Source: an uncultured Gemmatimonadales bacterium
GTDB taxonomy: Bacteria > Gemmatimonadota > Gemmatimonadetes > Gemmatimonadales > GWC2-71-9
Assembly: GCA_963730185.1 (NCBI GenBank)
Contig: CAVSQW010000017.1
Coordinates: 32,001 to 96,000 of the forward strand
Reading direction: 5' to 3'
DNA length: 64,000 bases
The notes under the pieces were generated by a model that worked only from the letters and a program-made list of their open reading frames with translations, did no database searches and was not told the origin of the DNA. Shown here piece after piece: positions 53,586 to 64,000 of the stretch; within the stretch, counting starts at the first letter, position 1, and every line of letters begins with the position of its first letter. Made by a program: the position numbers and the translations under genes.

Positions 53586-53653
53586 CTCGTCCCCGGCCGA
53601 ACGTTACGTCGAGTTTAGGCCGGGAACGAGAGGTCGCGCAAGGCGGTGAGGCC

Positions 53654-53821
53654 CTAAGGGTTATCGTGATCGCGCGGGACCCGGCGGTGCCAGGGGTCGC
53701 GCTCCGGTTCGCGTTCCACGCTCCAGAGATACGCCCAGAAACGGGTCGCGCTGGTGTGAGAGAGGCCCGGCTGAATGACGATCCCGACCGGGTGGCGGGT
53801 TCCAGAGAGTGATTCCGGCAT
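53654..53821 (-). CDS. Small hypothetical protein (55 aa)
   Basis: ATG preceded by GGAGG; fills the gap between co-oriented genes. Confidence 0.45.
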   Translation of the reverse strand: MPESLSGTRHPVGIVIQPGLSHTSATRFWAYLWSVEREPERDPWHRRVPRDHDNP

Positions 53822-53891
53822 GGCGACCTCCCGTCGCGTTGTCCCTACATGGCAACCACGCATGGAAAGGGACGACACCCGACCGAGGTTG

Positions 53892-54773
53892 CTACACAGC
53901 CGGGCGGGCCGCGGCGGGGTGGGACAGGTCGCGGGCTGGCGGGCCGGCCAGCAGCACGCCTCGGAGCCCAGCTCCCTTTTGGCTGCCCTTGGTGTCGGGA
54001 AGGGGGAGACGGACCCAGTCGGGATAGTGATGAAGGCACCCTTCGGCCGCCGATCCGGGACGTCCCGACACGACCGCGTGGACTCCTTCGGCGGTGGTCA
54101 GGGTCTGGACCCGACCGAGCAGGGTGCGCTGGCGTTCCTTCGGGAGGGCTTCGACGACACCCGCGTCGACCACGACCAAGTGGACCGGGGCCAGCGGGGG
54201 CAGCCACTGGCCCAGGGCTACCACGTAGACGGAGCACCGGGCTCCAAGAGACTCGGAGGCCAGAATGTCTTCGACCTTGTCGGCGGTGGCCGAGTCCTCG
54301 AAGAGGCAGATGACTTCGATATCGTGCGCCGCCAGGAGGTAGGTGGCCCGTTCGGCGCCGGAACCGACGACCAAGGCCCGGTCGCCCGGCTCGAGCCGGG
54401 GCAGCACCACGGCGACCGGATCGGTTCGGTCGATCTGCCAGTGGTTCGGGTCGCGCTGGGCCCGCCGGAGGGGCTGGATCCGGGACCGCCAGCGCCGGAG
54501 GGTCGGCAGATTGAGCCGCCGCTTGATGTGCTCGTCCACGGTTTCCTGCATGAGCACTTCGGTGAGGAGCAGCTGGTCACTGGTGCCGCCCTGGAGCTCG
54601 TGGGCCGCCTCATCGCCCAACCTGAGCAGCTCGCCTCGGGAGAGGGAGTTCTTGTAGTCCTCGATCCGCTGCATGATGTACTCGTGGTACTGCTGCTTGA
54701 TGGAGGGCAGCGAACGCTTCCGGCGCGGTGCGCCGCGCCGGAACTGCAGGTCGAGGTCTTCGGCGGTCAGCAC
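53892..54773 (-). CDS. Hypothetical protein: helical N-terminus plus SAM-methyltransferase-like C-terminal half
   Basis: Protein-like composition; RALVVGSG followed by Rossmann-like alternation; no firm family call. Confidence 0.65.
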   Translation of the reverse strand: MLTAEDLDLQFRRGAPRRKRSLPSIKQQYHEYIMQRIEDYKNSLSRGELLRLGDEAAHELQGGTSDQLLLTEVLMQETVDEHIKRRLNLPTLRRWRSRIQPLRRAQRDPNHWQIDRTDPVAVVLPRLEPGDRALVVGSGAERATYLLAAHDIEVICLFEDSATADKVEDILASESLGARCSVYVVALGQWLPPLAPVHLVVVDAGVVEALPKERQRTLLGRVQTLTTAEGVHAVVSGRPGSAAEGCLHHYPDWVRLPLPDTKGSQKGAGLRGVLLAGPPARDLSHPAAARPAV

Positions 54774-54833
54774 GATGATGGTCGAGGGACGTTGCCTTGC
54801 AGTATAACAGGGAGTGTTAGGCGCGCCAACGGG

Positions 54834-55982
54834 TCAGTCCACGGCCAGCACCGCGCCCTTGAGGTAGCCGGTCTCGGGGACGGTCAGGAGCTCGGGGTGG
54901 TCGACCCCCTGGGTCAGGTGTTCGCGCACCGTCACCCGGCGGCCGGCGTCGGCGGCGGCGTCGGCCAGCAGGGCGAGGAAATCCGGCCAGTGGAGGTGGA
55001 ACGAGCAGGAGGCCGTGATCAGGATCCCCCCGGGTTGGACCAGGCGCATGGCGTGGAGGTTCACGTCCTTGTAGCCCCGGATGGCCTTGGGCAGGGCGGC
55101 CCGCGACTTGGCGAACGCGGGCGGGTCCACCACCACCAGATCGAACCGCTCGCCGGCCCGGCCCAGGTCGCGGAGAGCGTCGAAGGCATCGGCCTCGCGC
55201 CATTCGATGTTGTCGAGCCCGTTGAGCCGGGCGTTGGCGGCGCCCCGGGTCAGGGCCTCGGCGCTCACGTCGAGGGCCAGCACCTGGCCGGCCCGGGCGG
55301 CCAGGTGGAGGCTGAACGAGCCGTGGTAGCTGAAGCAATCGAGCCCGCGACCCCCGGGCGGCATCAGGGCGCCGGCCCGGAGCCGGGCGGGCCGCTGGTC
55401 GAGAAAGGCCCCGGTCTTCTGGCCGGTCCGGGGCGAGACCAGGTAGCGGATGCCGGCTTCCCGGACCTCGATTTCGTCGGGGACGGATCCGCTCGCCAGT
55501 TCGAGGTTTCGGGGGAGCCGCTCCCGCTGGCGGACGGCCACGTCGTTCCGGAGTAGTATTCCTTCCGGGGCGAGGACGTCTTCGATCGCGCCGATGACGT
55601 CGGGCCGGACCGATTCGAGGCCGGCGCTCAGCAGCTGCGCCACGATCCACCGATCGTACCGGTCGACCACCAGCGAAGGGAGCAGATCGCCCTCGGCGTG
55701 CACCACCCGGTAGGCGGTCGCGTCGATCCCCTCCCGGCGGCGGGCGGCGGCGGCGAGACGCTCCCGCCACCAGGCGCGGTCGATCGGCCGGTCCGGGTCG
55801 GGCTCGATCAGACGGAGGCGGATCTCGGACGCCGGAGAGTAGAGCGCCTGGCCGAGGGGGCGGCCGTTGCCCGCGGCCACGGAGACGATGCGGGCCGGCC
55901 CCTCCTCGCGCTTCACGTCGCTGGCAAAGATCCAGGGATGGCCGCGCTTCCAGCGGTCCGCGCCGCGTTGGCTGACCCGCAC
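54834..55982 (-). CDS. rlmI: 23S rRNA m5C1962-type methyltransferase (PUA + SAM)
   Basis: GHPWIF, AEGDLLPSLVVDRY, GQKTGAFLDQR, DCFSYHGSF, VVDPPAFAK, TASCS, ETGYLK. Confidence 0.9.
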   Translation of the reverse strand: MRVSQRGADRWKRGHPWIFASDVKREEGPARIVSVAAGNGRPLGQALYSPASEIRLRLIEPDPDRPIDRAWWRERLAAAARRREGIDATAYRVVHAEGDLLPSLVVDRYDRWIVAQLLSAGLESVRPDVIGAIEDVLAPEGILLRNDVAVRQRERLPRNLELASGSVPDEIEVREAGIRYLVSPRTGQKTGAFLDQRPARLRAGALMPPGGRGLDCFSYHGSFSLHLAARAGQVLALDVSAEALTRGAANARLNGLDNIEWREADAFDALRDLGRAGERFDLVVVDPPAFAKSRAALPKAIRGYKDVNLHAMRLVQPGGILITASCSFHLHWPDFLALLADAAADAGRRVTVREHLTQGVDHPELLTVPETGYLKGAVLAVD

Positions 55983-56024
55983 CTCGTTCGATCCGCTCAG
56001 GCCGGCGCTCCGGGTGGAAGGGAG

Positions 56025-56654
56025 ATGTCGATGGCTCGCAATCTAGCCGCCCACCTTCGCCTGATGGCGGTGACCGACGACCGCGTGCTCGCGGGACGAG
56101 ACCTGATCGCGGCCTCGGTGGCGGCCGTCGAGGGGGGCGCGACCGCGGTGCAGCTTCGGCTCAAGGACGCCCCGCCCCGGGAGCTGGTCGGACTGGCTCG
56201 GGAGCTGGTCCGGCGGCTGCCGGTGCCGGTGCTGATCAACGATCGGCTCGACGTGGCGCTCGCCGCCGGGGCCGGTGGCGTCCATCTGGGTGGGGACGAC
56301 CTGCCGGTCGCTCGGGCGCGCGCCCTGGTGCCGCCGGGCTTCGTGATCGGGGCGTCGGTGGGGGACGAGGGGGAGGCCGCCCGGGTGGCTGGAGCGGACT
56401 ACTGGGGCGTCGGACCCTGGCGGATGACCGGCACCAAGGCGGATGCCGGTGCGGCCCTGGGCCCGGCCGGATTCAGGCGGATCGGGGCATTGGCCGGCTT
56501 GGTGCCCTGCGTGGCGATCGGAGGGGTCACGCCAGCCGACGTGCCGGACGTGCTGGGTGCGGGTGGGGTCGGGGTGGCGGTGGTGTCCGGCATCTTCGGC
56601 GGTCCCGACCCCGCGGCCGGGGCGCGCCGATACGCCGAGGCGCTAGCGGAGTAG
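56025..56654 (+). CDS. thiE: Thiamine phosphate synthase
   Basis: [50 protein letters not shown]. Confidence 0.92.
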   Translation: MSMARNLAAHLRLMAVTDDRVLAGRDLIAASVAAVEGGATAVQLRLKDAPPRELVGLARELVRRLPVPVLINDRLDVALAAGAGGVHLGGDDLPVARARALVPPGFVIGASVGDEGEAARVAGADYWGVGPWRMTGTKADAGAALGPAGFRRIGALAGLVPCVAIGGVTPADVPDVLGAGGVGVAVVSGIFGGPDPAAGARRYAEALAE

Positions 56655-57290
56655 CTTGGCGCCGGTGCCTTCCTGCACCTGCTCGAAGGTCCAGCCGGGC
56701 AGGAGCTCTACCAACTGGAGCCCCTTCGGGGTCACGTCGAGCACGCACCGCTCGGTGATGATCCGGTCGACGCACCCGACCCCGGTGAGCGGAAGGTTGC
56801 ACCGGGCCAGGATCTTGGGGCTCCCGTCGCGGGCGCAGTGCTCCATGATGATGATCACCCGGCGGGCCCCGGCCACGAGGTCCATCGCGCCGCCCATGCC
56901 TTTGACCATCTTGCCGGGGATCATCCAGTTGGCGAGGTCGCCCTGCTCGGAGACCTGCATCGCGCCCAGGATGCTCAGGGCGACGTGCCCGCCCCGGATC
57001 ATCGCGAACGACATGGCGCTGTCGAAGTAGCTGGTCCCGGGGAGCTCGCTGACCGTCTCCTTGCCGGCGTTGATCAGGTCGGGGTCTTCCTCGCCCTCGA
57101 AGGGATAGGGCCCGACGCCGAGCATTCCGTTCTCCGACTGGAGCACCACGGTCACGCCGTCGGGGACGCAATCGGCGATCATGGTCGGCATCCCGATGCC
57201 GAGATTCACGTAGTAGCCGGTCTGGTCGTTGAGCGTGAGCAGCTCCTGGGCCGCTCGCCGGACGATGGTCTGGCGGGTGTCGGCGCTCAT
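56643..57290 (-). CDS. scoB: 3-oxoacid CoA-transferase subunit B
   Basis: [38 protein letters not shown]. Confidence 0.95.
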   Translation of the reverse strand: MSADTRQTIVRRAAQELLTLNDQTGYYVNLGIGMPTMIADCVPDGVTVVLQSENGMLGVGPYPFEGEEDPDLINAGKETVSELPGTSYFDSAMSFAMIRGGHVALSILGAMQVSEQGDLANWMIPGKMVKGMGGAMDLVAGARRVIIIMEHCARDGSPKILARCNLPLTGVGCVDRIITERCVLDVTPKGLQLVELLPGWTFEQVQEGTGAKLLR

Positions 57291-57985
57291 CGCTTCCTCA
57301 CGGTTCGGCGTTCGATCTGCTTGGTGGTGGTCGGCTGCTGCTGGAAGATCCGCTGGACGAAGATGGCGGGCGTGTGGATCCCGTCGGGCGCGAGCTCGCC
57401 CGGCTCGACCAGGTGCTCCACCTCGGCGATCGTAACCCGTCCCGCCATGGCCATCATCGGGTTGAAGTTCCGGGACGTCTTCCGGAAGATCAGGTTGCCC
57501 TGGGTGTCGCCTTTCCAGGCTTTGACCAGGGCATAGTCGCCGACGATCCCCCGCTCCAGTACGTAGGTCCGCCCCTCGAACTCGCGGGTCTCCTTGCCCT
57601 CGGCCACCACCGTGCCGAACCCGGTCGGGGTGTAGAACCCGGGGATGCCGGCGCCGCCGGCCCGGATCCGCTCCGAGAGGGTGCCCTGCGGGATCAGCTC
57701 GACCTCGAGCTCGCCCGAGAGCATCAGCTGCTCGAAGACCTCGTTCTCCCCCACGTAGCTCGACATCATCTTCCGGATCTGCTTGGTCTTGAGCAGATGG
57801 ACGAGGCCGTGGTTCGAGGTGCCGGCGTTGTTGCTGACGACCGTGAGCCCGGTGGACCCGAGGTCGTGCACGGCGGTGATACTCTCTTCGGGGACGCCGC
57901 AGAGTCCGAACCCGCCGACCAGGAGCGTGACGTCGCTCGGGATGTCGGCGCAGGCCGCTTTGGCGTTGGGGTAGACCTTGTTCAC
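57287..57985 (-). CDS. scoA: 3-oxoacid CoA-transferase subunit A
   Basis: [43 protein letters not shown]. Confidence 0.95.
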   Translation of the reverse strand: MNKVYPNAKAACADIPSDVTLLVGGFGLCGVPEESITAVHDLGSTGLTVVSNNAGTSNHGLVHLLKTKQIRKMMSSYVGENEVFEQLMLSGELEVELIPQGTLSERIRAGGAGIPGFYTPTGFGTVVAEGKETREFEGRTYVLERGIVGDYALVKAWKGDTQGNLIFRKTSRNFNPMMAMAGRVTIAEVEHLVEPGELAPDGIHTPAIFVQRIFQQQPTTTKQIERRTVRKR

Positions 57986-58109
57986 GACGGGAAGGCCCCC
58001 GGGTGGAGGTGAGGATGAGACGGACTCGCGGAAGATAGCGGGGCGGGGCGGGCCTTCAAGCCGATCCCGCCTCAGCGGCGGCGATCCGATCCGGAATCAG
58101 CGTCCCGCC

Positions 58110-58949
58110 TTACCCCGCCCGGCCGAGATAGGGCGCCACGATGGCGGCGGCGCGATCGAGGCCGGCCAGGTCGAGGCCGGTATCCGGCCCGAACTGCCGC
58201 ACCAGGGCCTGGGTGGCCACGTTGCCGGTGGCGCCGGGTGCATAGGGGCAGCCGCCGATCCCGCCGGTACTCGCGTCGAACACCCGGATGCCGAGCTCGG
58301 CCGCCGCGGCCGCGTTCTCAACCGCCCGACCGTAGGTGTCGTGGAGATGGAGCGCCAGCCGCTCTACCCCGAAGGCCGGAATCACGAGCTCGAGCACCCG
58401 CCGGACCTCGTCGGGCGTGGCCTTGCCGATGGTGTCGCCGATCGACAGCTCGGCGACCCCGAGGGCGATCAGCCGGCGGCTCACGTCGAGCACCGCCTCG
58501 GGCGCGATGGCGCCTTCGTAGGGGCAATGGAAGGCGGTCGACACGTACCCCCGCACGGGCACCGGCGCCGCCCGCACCACCGGCCGGAACCGCTCGATCG
58601 ACTCGGCGATGGTGGCATTGATGTTCTTCCGGGTGAACGTCTCGCTGGCGGCCGTGAACACGGCGATCTTGTCCACCCGGGCCGTCACCGCCCGCTCCAG
58701 CCCCTGCTCGTTCGGAACCAGCGCCATGTACCGGACACCCGGCCGGCGGGCGATGCGCCGAAAGACCTCCTCCGCGTCGGCCAGCTGGGGAACCCACTTG
58801 GGCGAGACGAACGACGACACCTCGATCTCGTCGAAGCCGCACCCCGACAAGGCGTCGATGAAGGCGACCTTCACCTCGGTGGGAATGGTGGCTTTCTCGT
58901 TCTGGAGCCCGTCGCGGGGTCCCATTTCGACGATCCGGATTCGGTTCAT
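58110..58949 (-). CDS. hmgL: Hydroxymethylglutaryl-CoA lyase
   Basis: EMGPRDGLQNE, SFVSPKWVPQLAD, CPYEG, GDTIG, HLHDTYG, GGCPYAPGATGNVAT. Confidence 0.95.
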   Translation of the reverse strand: MNRIRIVEMGPRDGLQNEKATIPTEVKVAFIDALSGCGFDEIEVSSFVSPKWVPQLADAEEVFRRIARRPGVRYMALVPNEQGLERAVTARVDKIAVFTAASETFTRKNINATIAESIERFRPVVRAAPVPVRGYVSTAFHCPYEGAIAPEAVLDVSRRLIALGVAELSIGDTIGKATPDEVRRVLELVIPAFGVERLALHLHDTYGRAVENAAAAAELGIRVFDASTGGIGGCPYAPGATGNVATQALVRQFGPDTGLDLAGLDRAAAIVAPYLGRAG

Positions 58950-59970
58950 CGGCTCGAGGAGGTGGAGTTCCGGGCGGCCGCGCGGCGGGCCTGACGCTGG
59001 AGGAGGCGGCTTTGGGCCACGGCCCGAAGGTGTTCGCCGTAGGTGCGGCTGAAAATGTGGCGGCCGTCGGGCCGGGCCACGAAATAGAGGTAGGGCACCG
59101 GGGCGGGGTGGAGCGTCGCCTCGATGCTGGCCTGTCCGGGCGCCCCGACGGGTCCGGGGGGGAGGCCGGTCCGGAGATAGGTGTTGTAGGGCGAGTCGAA
59201 GCCGTAGTCCTTCTCGTAGAGCCGGGTCTTCCGGGCGCCGGTCGCCAGCTCGATCGCGTACTGCACCGTGGGGTCGGCTTGGAGTGGCATCCCGATCCGG
59301 AGCCGGTTGCGATAGACGGCGGCGACCAGCGGCCGGTCTTCGTCGACCTTTGCCTCGCCTTCGACGATCGACGCCAAGGTCACCACGTCCAGCCGGCTGA
59401 GTCCGGCCTCCGCGGCGAGCGAGTCCCAGGCCGGCTGCCACTCGCGCTGGAAGAGCTTGGCCATCTCGCGGACCAGCTCGCGGCCGCTGATCAGCCGGGA
59501 GACGAAGTAGGTCTCCGGCGCCAGGAAGCCCTCCAGGCTGGGCGCGTCGACGTCGAACTCCCGGAGCAAGGTCGAGTCGTGGGTCGCGGTCCGGATCGAG
59601 TCCGCCGCGATGCCGAGGTCCTTGGCGGCCAGCTCGGCCAGGTCGGCGATGGTCGAGCCCTCGGGGAGGGTGAACCGGGTGGTGGCCTCGCTGCCCGACG
59701 CCACGATCCGGAGCACGGCGAGGGAGGAGCTCCCCGGGGGAGCTCGTAGTACCCGGCCTTGAGCCGCCGGTCGTACCGGCCGAGGCGGGCCAGGAACGTG
59801 AACCAGGTGGGGTGGGTCACCAGGCCGTGGGCCACCAAGCTGTCGCGCATGGCGTGGAACCCCGCGCCCGGCGGCAGGAAGACCCGTTCCGCGGGCGCCC
59901 CCGGGCCCGGTCCAGCGCACCCGAGGGCAGCCCCGAGGAGGGCGGTCGGAATCGCGCGTCGCCAGCTCAC
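58946..59970 (-). CDS. mltG: Endolytic transglycosylase MltG; frameshift near 59735
   Basis: LKAGYY, TLPEG, LEGFLAPETY, LASIVEGE, NRLRIGMPLQADPTVQY, SPYNTY, GLPPGP. Confidence 0.92.
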
Positions 59971-60408
59971 GGTCGAGGTCTTCTCGCCTCCATGAAATGC
60001 TGCAACAGCACCGCGGCGGCGAGGGCGTCCACGTCGCCCCTCCGCCCCCGGGTGGAGCCGCCCATCTCGCGGACCGTTCTGAGCGCCAGGGCCGACGACA
60101 TCCGCTCGTCCCAGAGCGCCACCTCGAGGCCGGTCCGGCGGCCGACCGACTCGGCCAGGGCGGTCGCCTCGCCGGCGGCGGCCCCCTGGTCACCTTCGGG
60201 TGTGAGGGGCAAGTCCGATCACCACGCCGACGGGGCCGTGGGTGGCAACGTAGTCCAGCAGGACCGGCATCGGAAAGCGCTTGCCCCGCCGGCGCACGAT
60301 GGTGCCAAGCGGGGTAGCAATCAGTTGGGTGGGGTCGCTCAGGGCGAGACCAATTCTGATCTCGCCCCAGTCGATTCCGAGGAGGCGTCCGGCGGTCGGA
60401 AGGGCCAC
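59967..60408 (-). CDS. ruvX: Holliday junction resolvase-like/pre-16S nuclease RuvX (YqgF); frameshift near 60205
   Basis: LLGIDWGEIRIGLALSDP, VIGLP, WDERMSS, VDALAAAVLL. Confidence 0.92.
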
Positions 60409-60420
60409 CGGGCGGGAAAC

Positions 60421-61668
60421 CTATTGAGCCATCGTGGCGAAGAAGTCCTTGTTGGTCTTGGTGCGCTTCATCCGCTCCAACAGGAACTCCATCGCCTCGA
60501 CGGGCGGCATGTCGGCCAGGAAGTTCCGGAGCAGGTAGACCCGGTTGAGCTCGTCCTTGTCCATGAGGAGCTCTTCCTTCCGCGTGCTGGTCTTCTGAAT
60601 GTCGATGGCCGGGTAGATCCGGCGATCGGCCAGCCGGCGATCGAGGACCATTTCGCTGTTGCCGGTGCCTTTGAACTCCTCGAAGATGACCTCGTCCATC
60701 CGGGAGCCGGTATCGATCAGCGCGGTGGCGATGATGGTGAGCGAGCCACCGCCCTCGATGTTCCGGGCCGCGCCGAAGAAGCGCTTGGGCTTCTGGAGCG
60801 CGTTGGCGTCCACGCCGCCCGAAAGGATCTTGCCGGAGTGGGGCACCACAACGTTGTGGGCCCGGGCCAGACGGGTGATCGAGTCGAGCAGGATGACCAC
60901 GTCGCGGCCATGCTCGACCAGGCGCTTGGCCTTTTCGATTACCATGTCGGCCACCTGGACGTGCCGGTCGGCCGGCTCGTCGAAGGTGGAGGCGATCACC
61001 TCGGCCTTCACGTTTTCCTGCATGTCGGTGACTTCTTCGGGGCGCTCGTCGATCAGGAGGACGATGAGCACGACCTCGGGGTGGTTCTCGCTGATCGCGT
61101 TGGCCAGCTTCTGGAGCAGGATCGTCTTGCCGGCCTTGGGGGGGGCGACGATCAGGCCGCGCTGGCCCTTGCCGATCGGGGCGAGCAGGTCGACCACGCG
61201 CATCGAGATGTCGCCCTTCTTGCTCTCCAGGCGAAGCCGGGCGTCCGGGTAGCGGGGCCGGAGGTTGTCGAACGCGATCCGGTGCTTGGTCTTTTCGGGC
61301 TCTTCGTAGTTGACGCTCTCGACTTTGAGCAGGGCGAGGTAGCGCTCGCCCTCCTTCGGGGGTCGGACCTGCCCCATGACCGTGTCGCCGGTCCGGAGGT
61401 CGAAGCGCTTGATCTGGCTCGGGCTGACATAGATGTCGTCGGGCCCGTAGAGGTAGTTCCAGTCCTGACTCCGCAGAAACCCGTAGCCTTCGGGCAGAAT
61501 CTCGAGGACGCCCTCACCCCGGATGACGGTGTCCTTGTCGAGCAGACACTGCTCAATCCGGAAGATCAGGTCCTGCTTGCGCAGGCCTGAGTAGTTGGTG
61601 ATGTTGAGTTCCTGCGCGAGCTCGTTGAGCTCGACGACGGATTTCTGCTTCAGTTCGGAGATGTCCAC
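60421..61668 (-). CDS. rho: Transcription termination factor Rho (start GTG 61668 or ATG 61716)
   Basis: [61 protein letters not shown]. Confidence 0.98.
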   Translation of the reverse strand: MDISELKQKSVVELNELAQELNITNYSGLRKQDLIFRIEQCLLDKDTVIRGEGVLEILPEGYGFLRSQDWNYLYGPDDIYVSPSQIKRFDLRTGDTVMGQVRPPKEGERYLALLKVESVNYEEPEKTKHRIAFDNLRPRYPDARLRLESKKGDISMRVVDLLAPIGKGQRGLIVAPPKAGKTILLQKLANAISENHPEVVLIVLLIDERPEEVTDMQENVKAEVIASTFDEPADRHVQVADMVIEKAKRLVEHGRDVVILLDSITRLARAHNVVVPHSGKILSGGVDANALQKPKRFFGAARNIEGGGSLTIIATALIDTGSRMDEVIFEEFKGTGNSEMVLDRRLADRRIYPAIDIQKTSTRKEELLMDKDELNRVYLLRNFLADMPPVEAMEFLLERMKRTKTNKDFFATMAQ

Positions 61669-61856
61669 GGAGGGAACCTCTGCTTCGCCGCCCCGTGAGC
61701 GTGGACCGGCGGACATTGGATGTTCGCTTGTCGGGTTTGAGGTGGAGACCCCGGAGTCCGGGGCAGGGGCACGCCCCTTGGATCGTTTTCGGGGATGACG
61801 TTTCGGTTGGATAGGCCTAACCTAGTCTGTTGCCCTGCTGGTCGTCAAGAGGCTCA

Positions 61857-62990
61857 GTGAACGAATTCGATCAACTCTTTTCCGCCTGGCGGACCCTCGA
61901 GCTCGGGACCCGTGAGGCGATCGACGCGCTCGTCGCCGAGCCCCATCGGGGGCCTTCCCCGGAACTCCAGCGGCTTCTGGCCGGCTGGCAGGGGGCCCAC
62001 TACTGGAGCGACCGGCGTGGCGGACGATTGATTCTAATACGCACCCGAGTAAAAGACGGTTCCCCCCGGTGGGGTTGGCACATCCTGCTGCTCGGGCTGA
62101 CCGTCGTCTTCTCCTTGGCGGCCGGGGCGGCGCTGGCCGGGGTCTGGTATCCGATCGAGTACCCCGGCTTCCTGGTCGGCTTCGCGCACGAGGTAGCGCA
62201 GTTCTTCGTGGGCCTGTTCCAGGGCGACTGGCGGTCGTTCCTGGTGGGCTGGTCGTTCGCCCTTCCCCTCCTCGGCATCCTGCTGGTCCACGAACTGGGA
62301 CACTACCTGGCCGCCCGCCGTTACGCCATCGACACCTCGCCGCCCTATTTCATTCCGATGCCCCCGACCATCTCGCCGATTGGGAGCTTCGGCGCGTTCA
62401 TCCGGCTCCGGAGCCCCGTGCTCGACCGGCGGCAGCTCACCGACGTCGGGGCGGCGGGGCCGCTGGCCGGATTCGTGGTGGCGCTGGTGGTGCTGGTCTG
62501 GGGGTACCTCACTTCGGAACGGATTCCGTTCGAGCCGGGTTTCACCCGAAGTTACATCGTCTTCGCCGGCCGGACCCTGTTTCTGGGTGAGTCGCTGCTC
62601 ACCCGCGCCCTTCGGGACTGGCTGCTGCCCGGCGATACGGCCGTCCACCTGAGCCTCCCGGCCTTCGCCGGGTGGGTCGGCTGCTACCTTACCGGGCTCA
62701 ACCTGCTGCCGCTCAGCCAGCTCGACGGCGGCCACGTGCTCTACGGGATGCTGGGGCGGCGGCAGTCCACGGTGGCGCTGCTGACGATCCTGGGCCTCCT
62801 CTATCTGGCTCAGTTCTCGTGGAACTGGTATATCTGGGTGGCCCTGGCGCTCGTCATCGGCGGCGGTCGGTGGGCCCACCCGCCGGTGGCGGTGGCCGGC
62901 CAGTCCATCCCTGCCAGTCGGGTGTGGGTGGCGGTCGCCTGTATCCTGGTGTTCGCTGCCACCTTCGTGCCAATTCCCTTTGTCGGGTAG
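61857..62990 (+). CDS. Site-2 protease (M50 family intramembrane metalloprotease)
   Basis: HELGH, GSFGAFI, AAGPLAG, NLLPLSQLDGGH; multi-TM. Confidence 0.92.
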   Translation: MNEFDQLFSAWRTLELGTREAIDALVAEPHRGPSPELQRLLAGWQGAHYWSDRRGGRLILIRTRVKDGSPRWGWHILLLGLTVVFSLAAGAALAGVWYPIEYPGFLVGFAHEVAQFFVGLFQGDWRSFLVGWSFALPLLGILLVHELGHYLAARRYAIDTSPPYFIPMPPTISPIGSFGAFIRLRSPVLDRRQLTDVGAAGPLAGFVVALVVLVWGYLTSERIPFEPGFTRSYIVFAGRTLFLGESLLTRALRDWLLPGDTAVHLSLPAFAGWVGCYLTGLNLLPLSQLDGGHVLYGMLGRRQSTVALLTILGLLYLAQFSWNWYIWVALALVIGGGRWAHPPVAVAGQSIPASRVWVAVACILVFAATFVPIPFVG

Positions 62991-62997
62991 CCTTCCC

Positions 62998-63180
62998 ATG
63001 GACGACGGCCAGCGTTTGGCCAAGTTGCGGCACGACCTCGCCAATCCCCTCTCGGCGATTCTGGCGGAGATCCAACTCCTGCTGATGAGCCAGGGCGAGC
63101 TTGCGCCGGAGACGGTCGCCGCGCTCCGGACGATCGAGCAGCAGGCCATCCGGATGCGGACCCAGCTGCTCAGCTCCTGA
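62998..63180 (+). CDS. Stand-alone HisKA (DHp) domain mini-protein, 60 aa
   Basis: H-box LRHDLANPLSAIL and second helix LRTIEQQAIRM; ATG 7 nt after the protease stop. Confidence 0.75.
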   Translation: MDDGQRLAKLRHDLANPLSAILAEIQLLLMSQGELAPETVAALRTIEQQAIRMRTQLLSS

Positions 63181-63193
63181 GTGACGCCGGGCC

Positions 63194-64000
63194 TCAGTCC
63201 TCGATCCGGTTGCCTCGGGCCTGACCGTCGAGAACCTCCCGGATGCCTTGGGCCAGGTCCGTGACCCGGTAGGGCTTCTGGAGGAAGGCGTCGGCCCCCG
63301 ACTGGAGGAGCCCTTCCACCACCTCGTTCAACTCGTATCCGCTCGAGATCAGGACCCGCATCCCGGGGCGGACCTCCTTGAGTATCGGGAACGCCTCCGC
63401 GCCGCCGGCCAACGGCATGCCCATGTCCAAGATGGCGAGGTGGATCGGGCCGGGATGATCGCGCGCGACCGCCACCGCATCGAGCCCGTTGCGGGCGATC
63501 AAGACCCGGTAGCGGAGCCGCTGGAGAATGGCCCGGGTCACGTCCAGCACCGCCTCGTCGTCGTCGATCAGCAGGATGGTCTCGTCGCCGGTCGGCAACT
63601 GAGCTCGGGGCGGTCGGGTCGCGCGGGCCGGCCCGGCGACGGCGGCCAGCCAGATGGAGAACTTGGTCCCGCGATCTACTTCGCTCTCGACTCCGATGAA
63701 CCCATGGTGGTTCTTCACGATCCCATACGCCGCGGCCAGACCGAGGCCGCGGCCCTGGAACTTGGTGCTGAAGAAGGGTTCGAAAATCCGCGGCAGCGCC
63801 GCCGCCGGGATCCCGGTTCCGCTGTCCTCGACCTCGAGCAACACGTGCGGACCCGGTCCGAGGCCGGGTCGATCCACGACGTCCTCGGCCGAGAGCTCCG
63901 CCCGGCGGGTCCGGACCGTCACCCGTCCCATCCCCTGGATCGCTTCGCCGGCATTGATGCAGAGGTTGGTGATGACCTGGCCAACCTGCACCGGATCCGC
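63194..64000 (-). CDS. Hybrid histidine kinase (HATPase + REC), 5' part outside window
   Basis: QVITNLCINA, VEDSGTGI, IFEPFFSTK, GRGLGL, ILLIDDD, AILDMGMP, SSGY, LQKPY. Confidence 0.93.
   Translation of the reverse strand, partial: ADPVQVGQVITNLCINAGEAIQGMGRVTVRTRRAELSAEDVVDRPGLGPGPHVLLEVEDSGTGIPAAALPRIFEPFFSTKFQGRGLGLAAAYGIVKNHHGFIGVESEVDRGTKFSIWLAAVAGPARATRPPRAQLPTGDETILLIDDDEAVLDVTRAILQRLRYRVLIARNGLDAVAVARDHPGPIHLAILDMGMPLAGGAEAFPILKEVRPGMRVLISSGYELNEVVEGLLQSGADAFLQKPYRVTDLAQGIREVLDGQARGNRIED

Noticed and set aside
50665..53618. Very long alternative-frame and antisense ORFs (940 and 951 aa), and similar ones throughout
   Set aside because: Shadow ORFs expected in high-GC DNA; Arg/Pro/Gly-rich or antisense to clear genes, no motifs

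Overview
High-GC (roughly 70% by eye) bacterial chromosomal DNA; gene content and style suggest Gemmatimonadota (inference, no marker gene present). Many genes are split by single-base frameshifts in patches (about 1.4-5.7 kb, 16-17 kb, 21.8-23.3 kb, 45-46 kb, 59.7-60.2 kb), most likely uncorrected long-read indels. Bases 1-44.8 kb form one large cell-surface glycan locus: FkbM methyltransferase, GH30-like lipoprotein, a PAPS-synthesis operon (cysN with a degenerate kinase domain, a cysQ-cysC fusion, cysD) coupled to a Wzx flippase, three tandem GT-C + polyprenol-phosphate GT2 + sugar-tailoring cassettes, CDP-glucose/C-methyl-sugar genes, two membrane-anchored sulfatase-fold proteins with Thr in place of the formylglycine Cys/Ser, exosortase + EpsI, priming sugar transferase, Wza-like and Wzc proteins, a sigma54 activator/kinase pair and wecB. 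Several promoters in the locus share a sigma54 -24/-12 box and an upstream 18-bp TGTNG-N8-CAACA palindrome. The remainder is mostly housekeeping: NYN/LOTUS protein, mpg, an outer-membrane barrel, kbl-tdh, an FdhF-like molybdoenzyme followed by a mirrored heptamer-repeat element, rlmI, thiE, scoAB, HMG-CoA lyase, mltG, ruvX, rho, an M50 protease, a stand-alone HisKA mini-protein and a partial hybrid kinase. No rRNA, tRNA, CRISPR or transposase was recognised.
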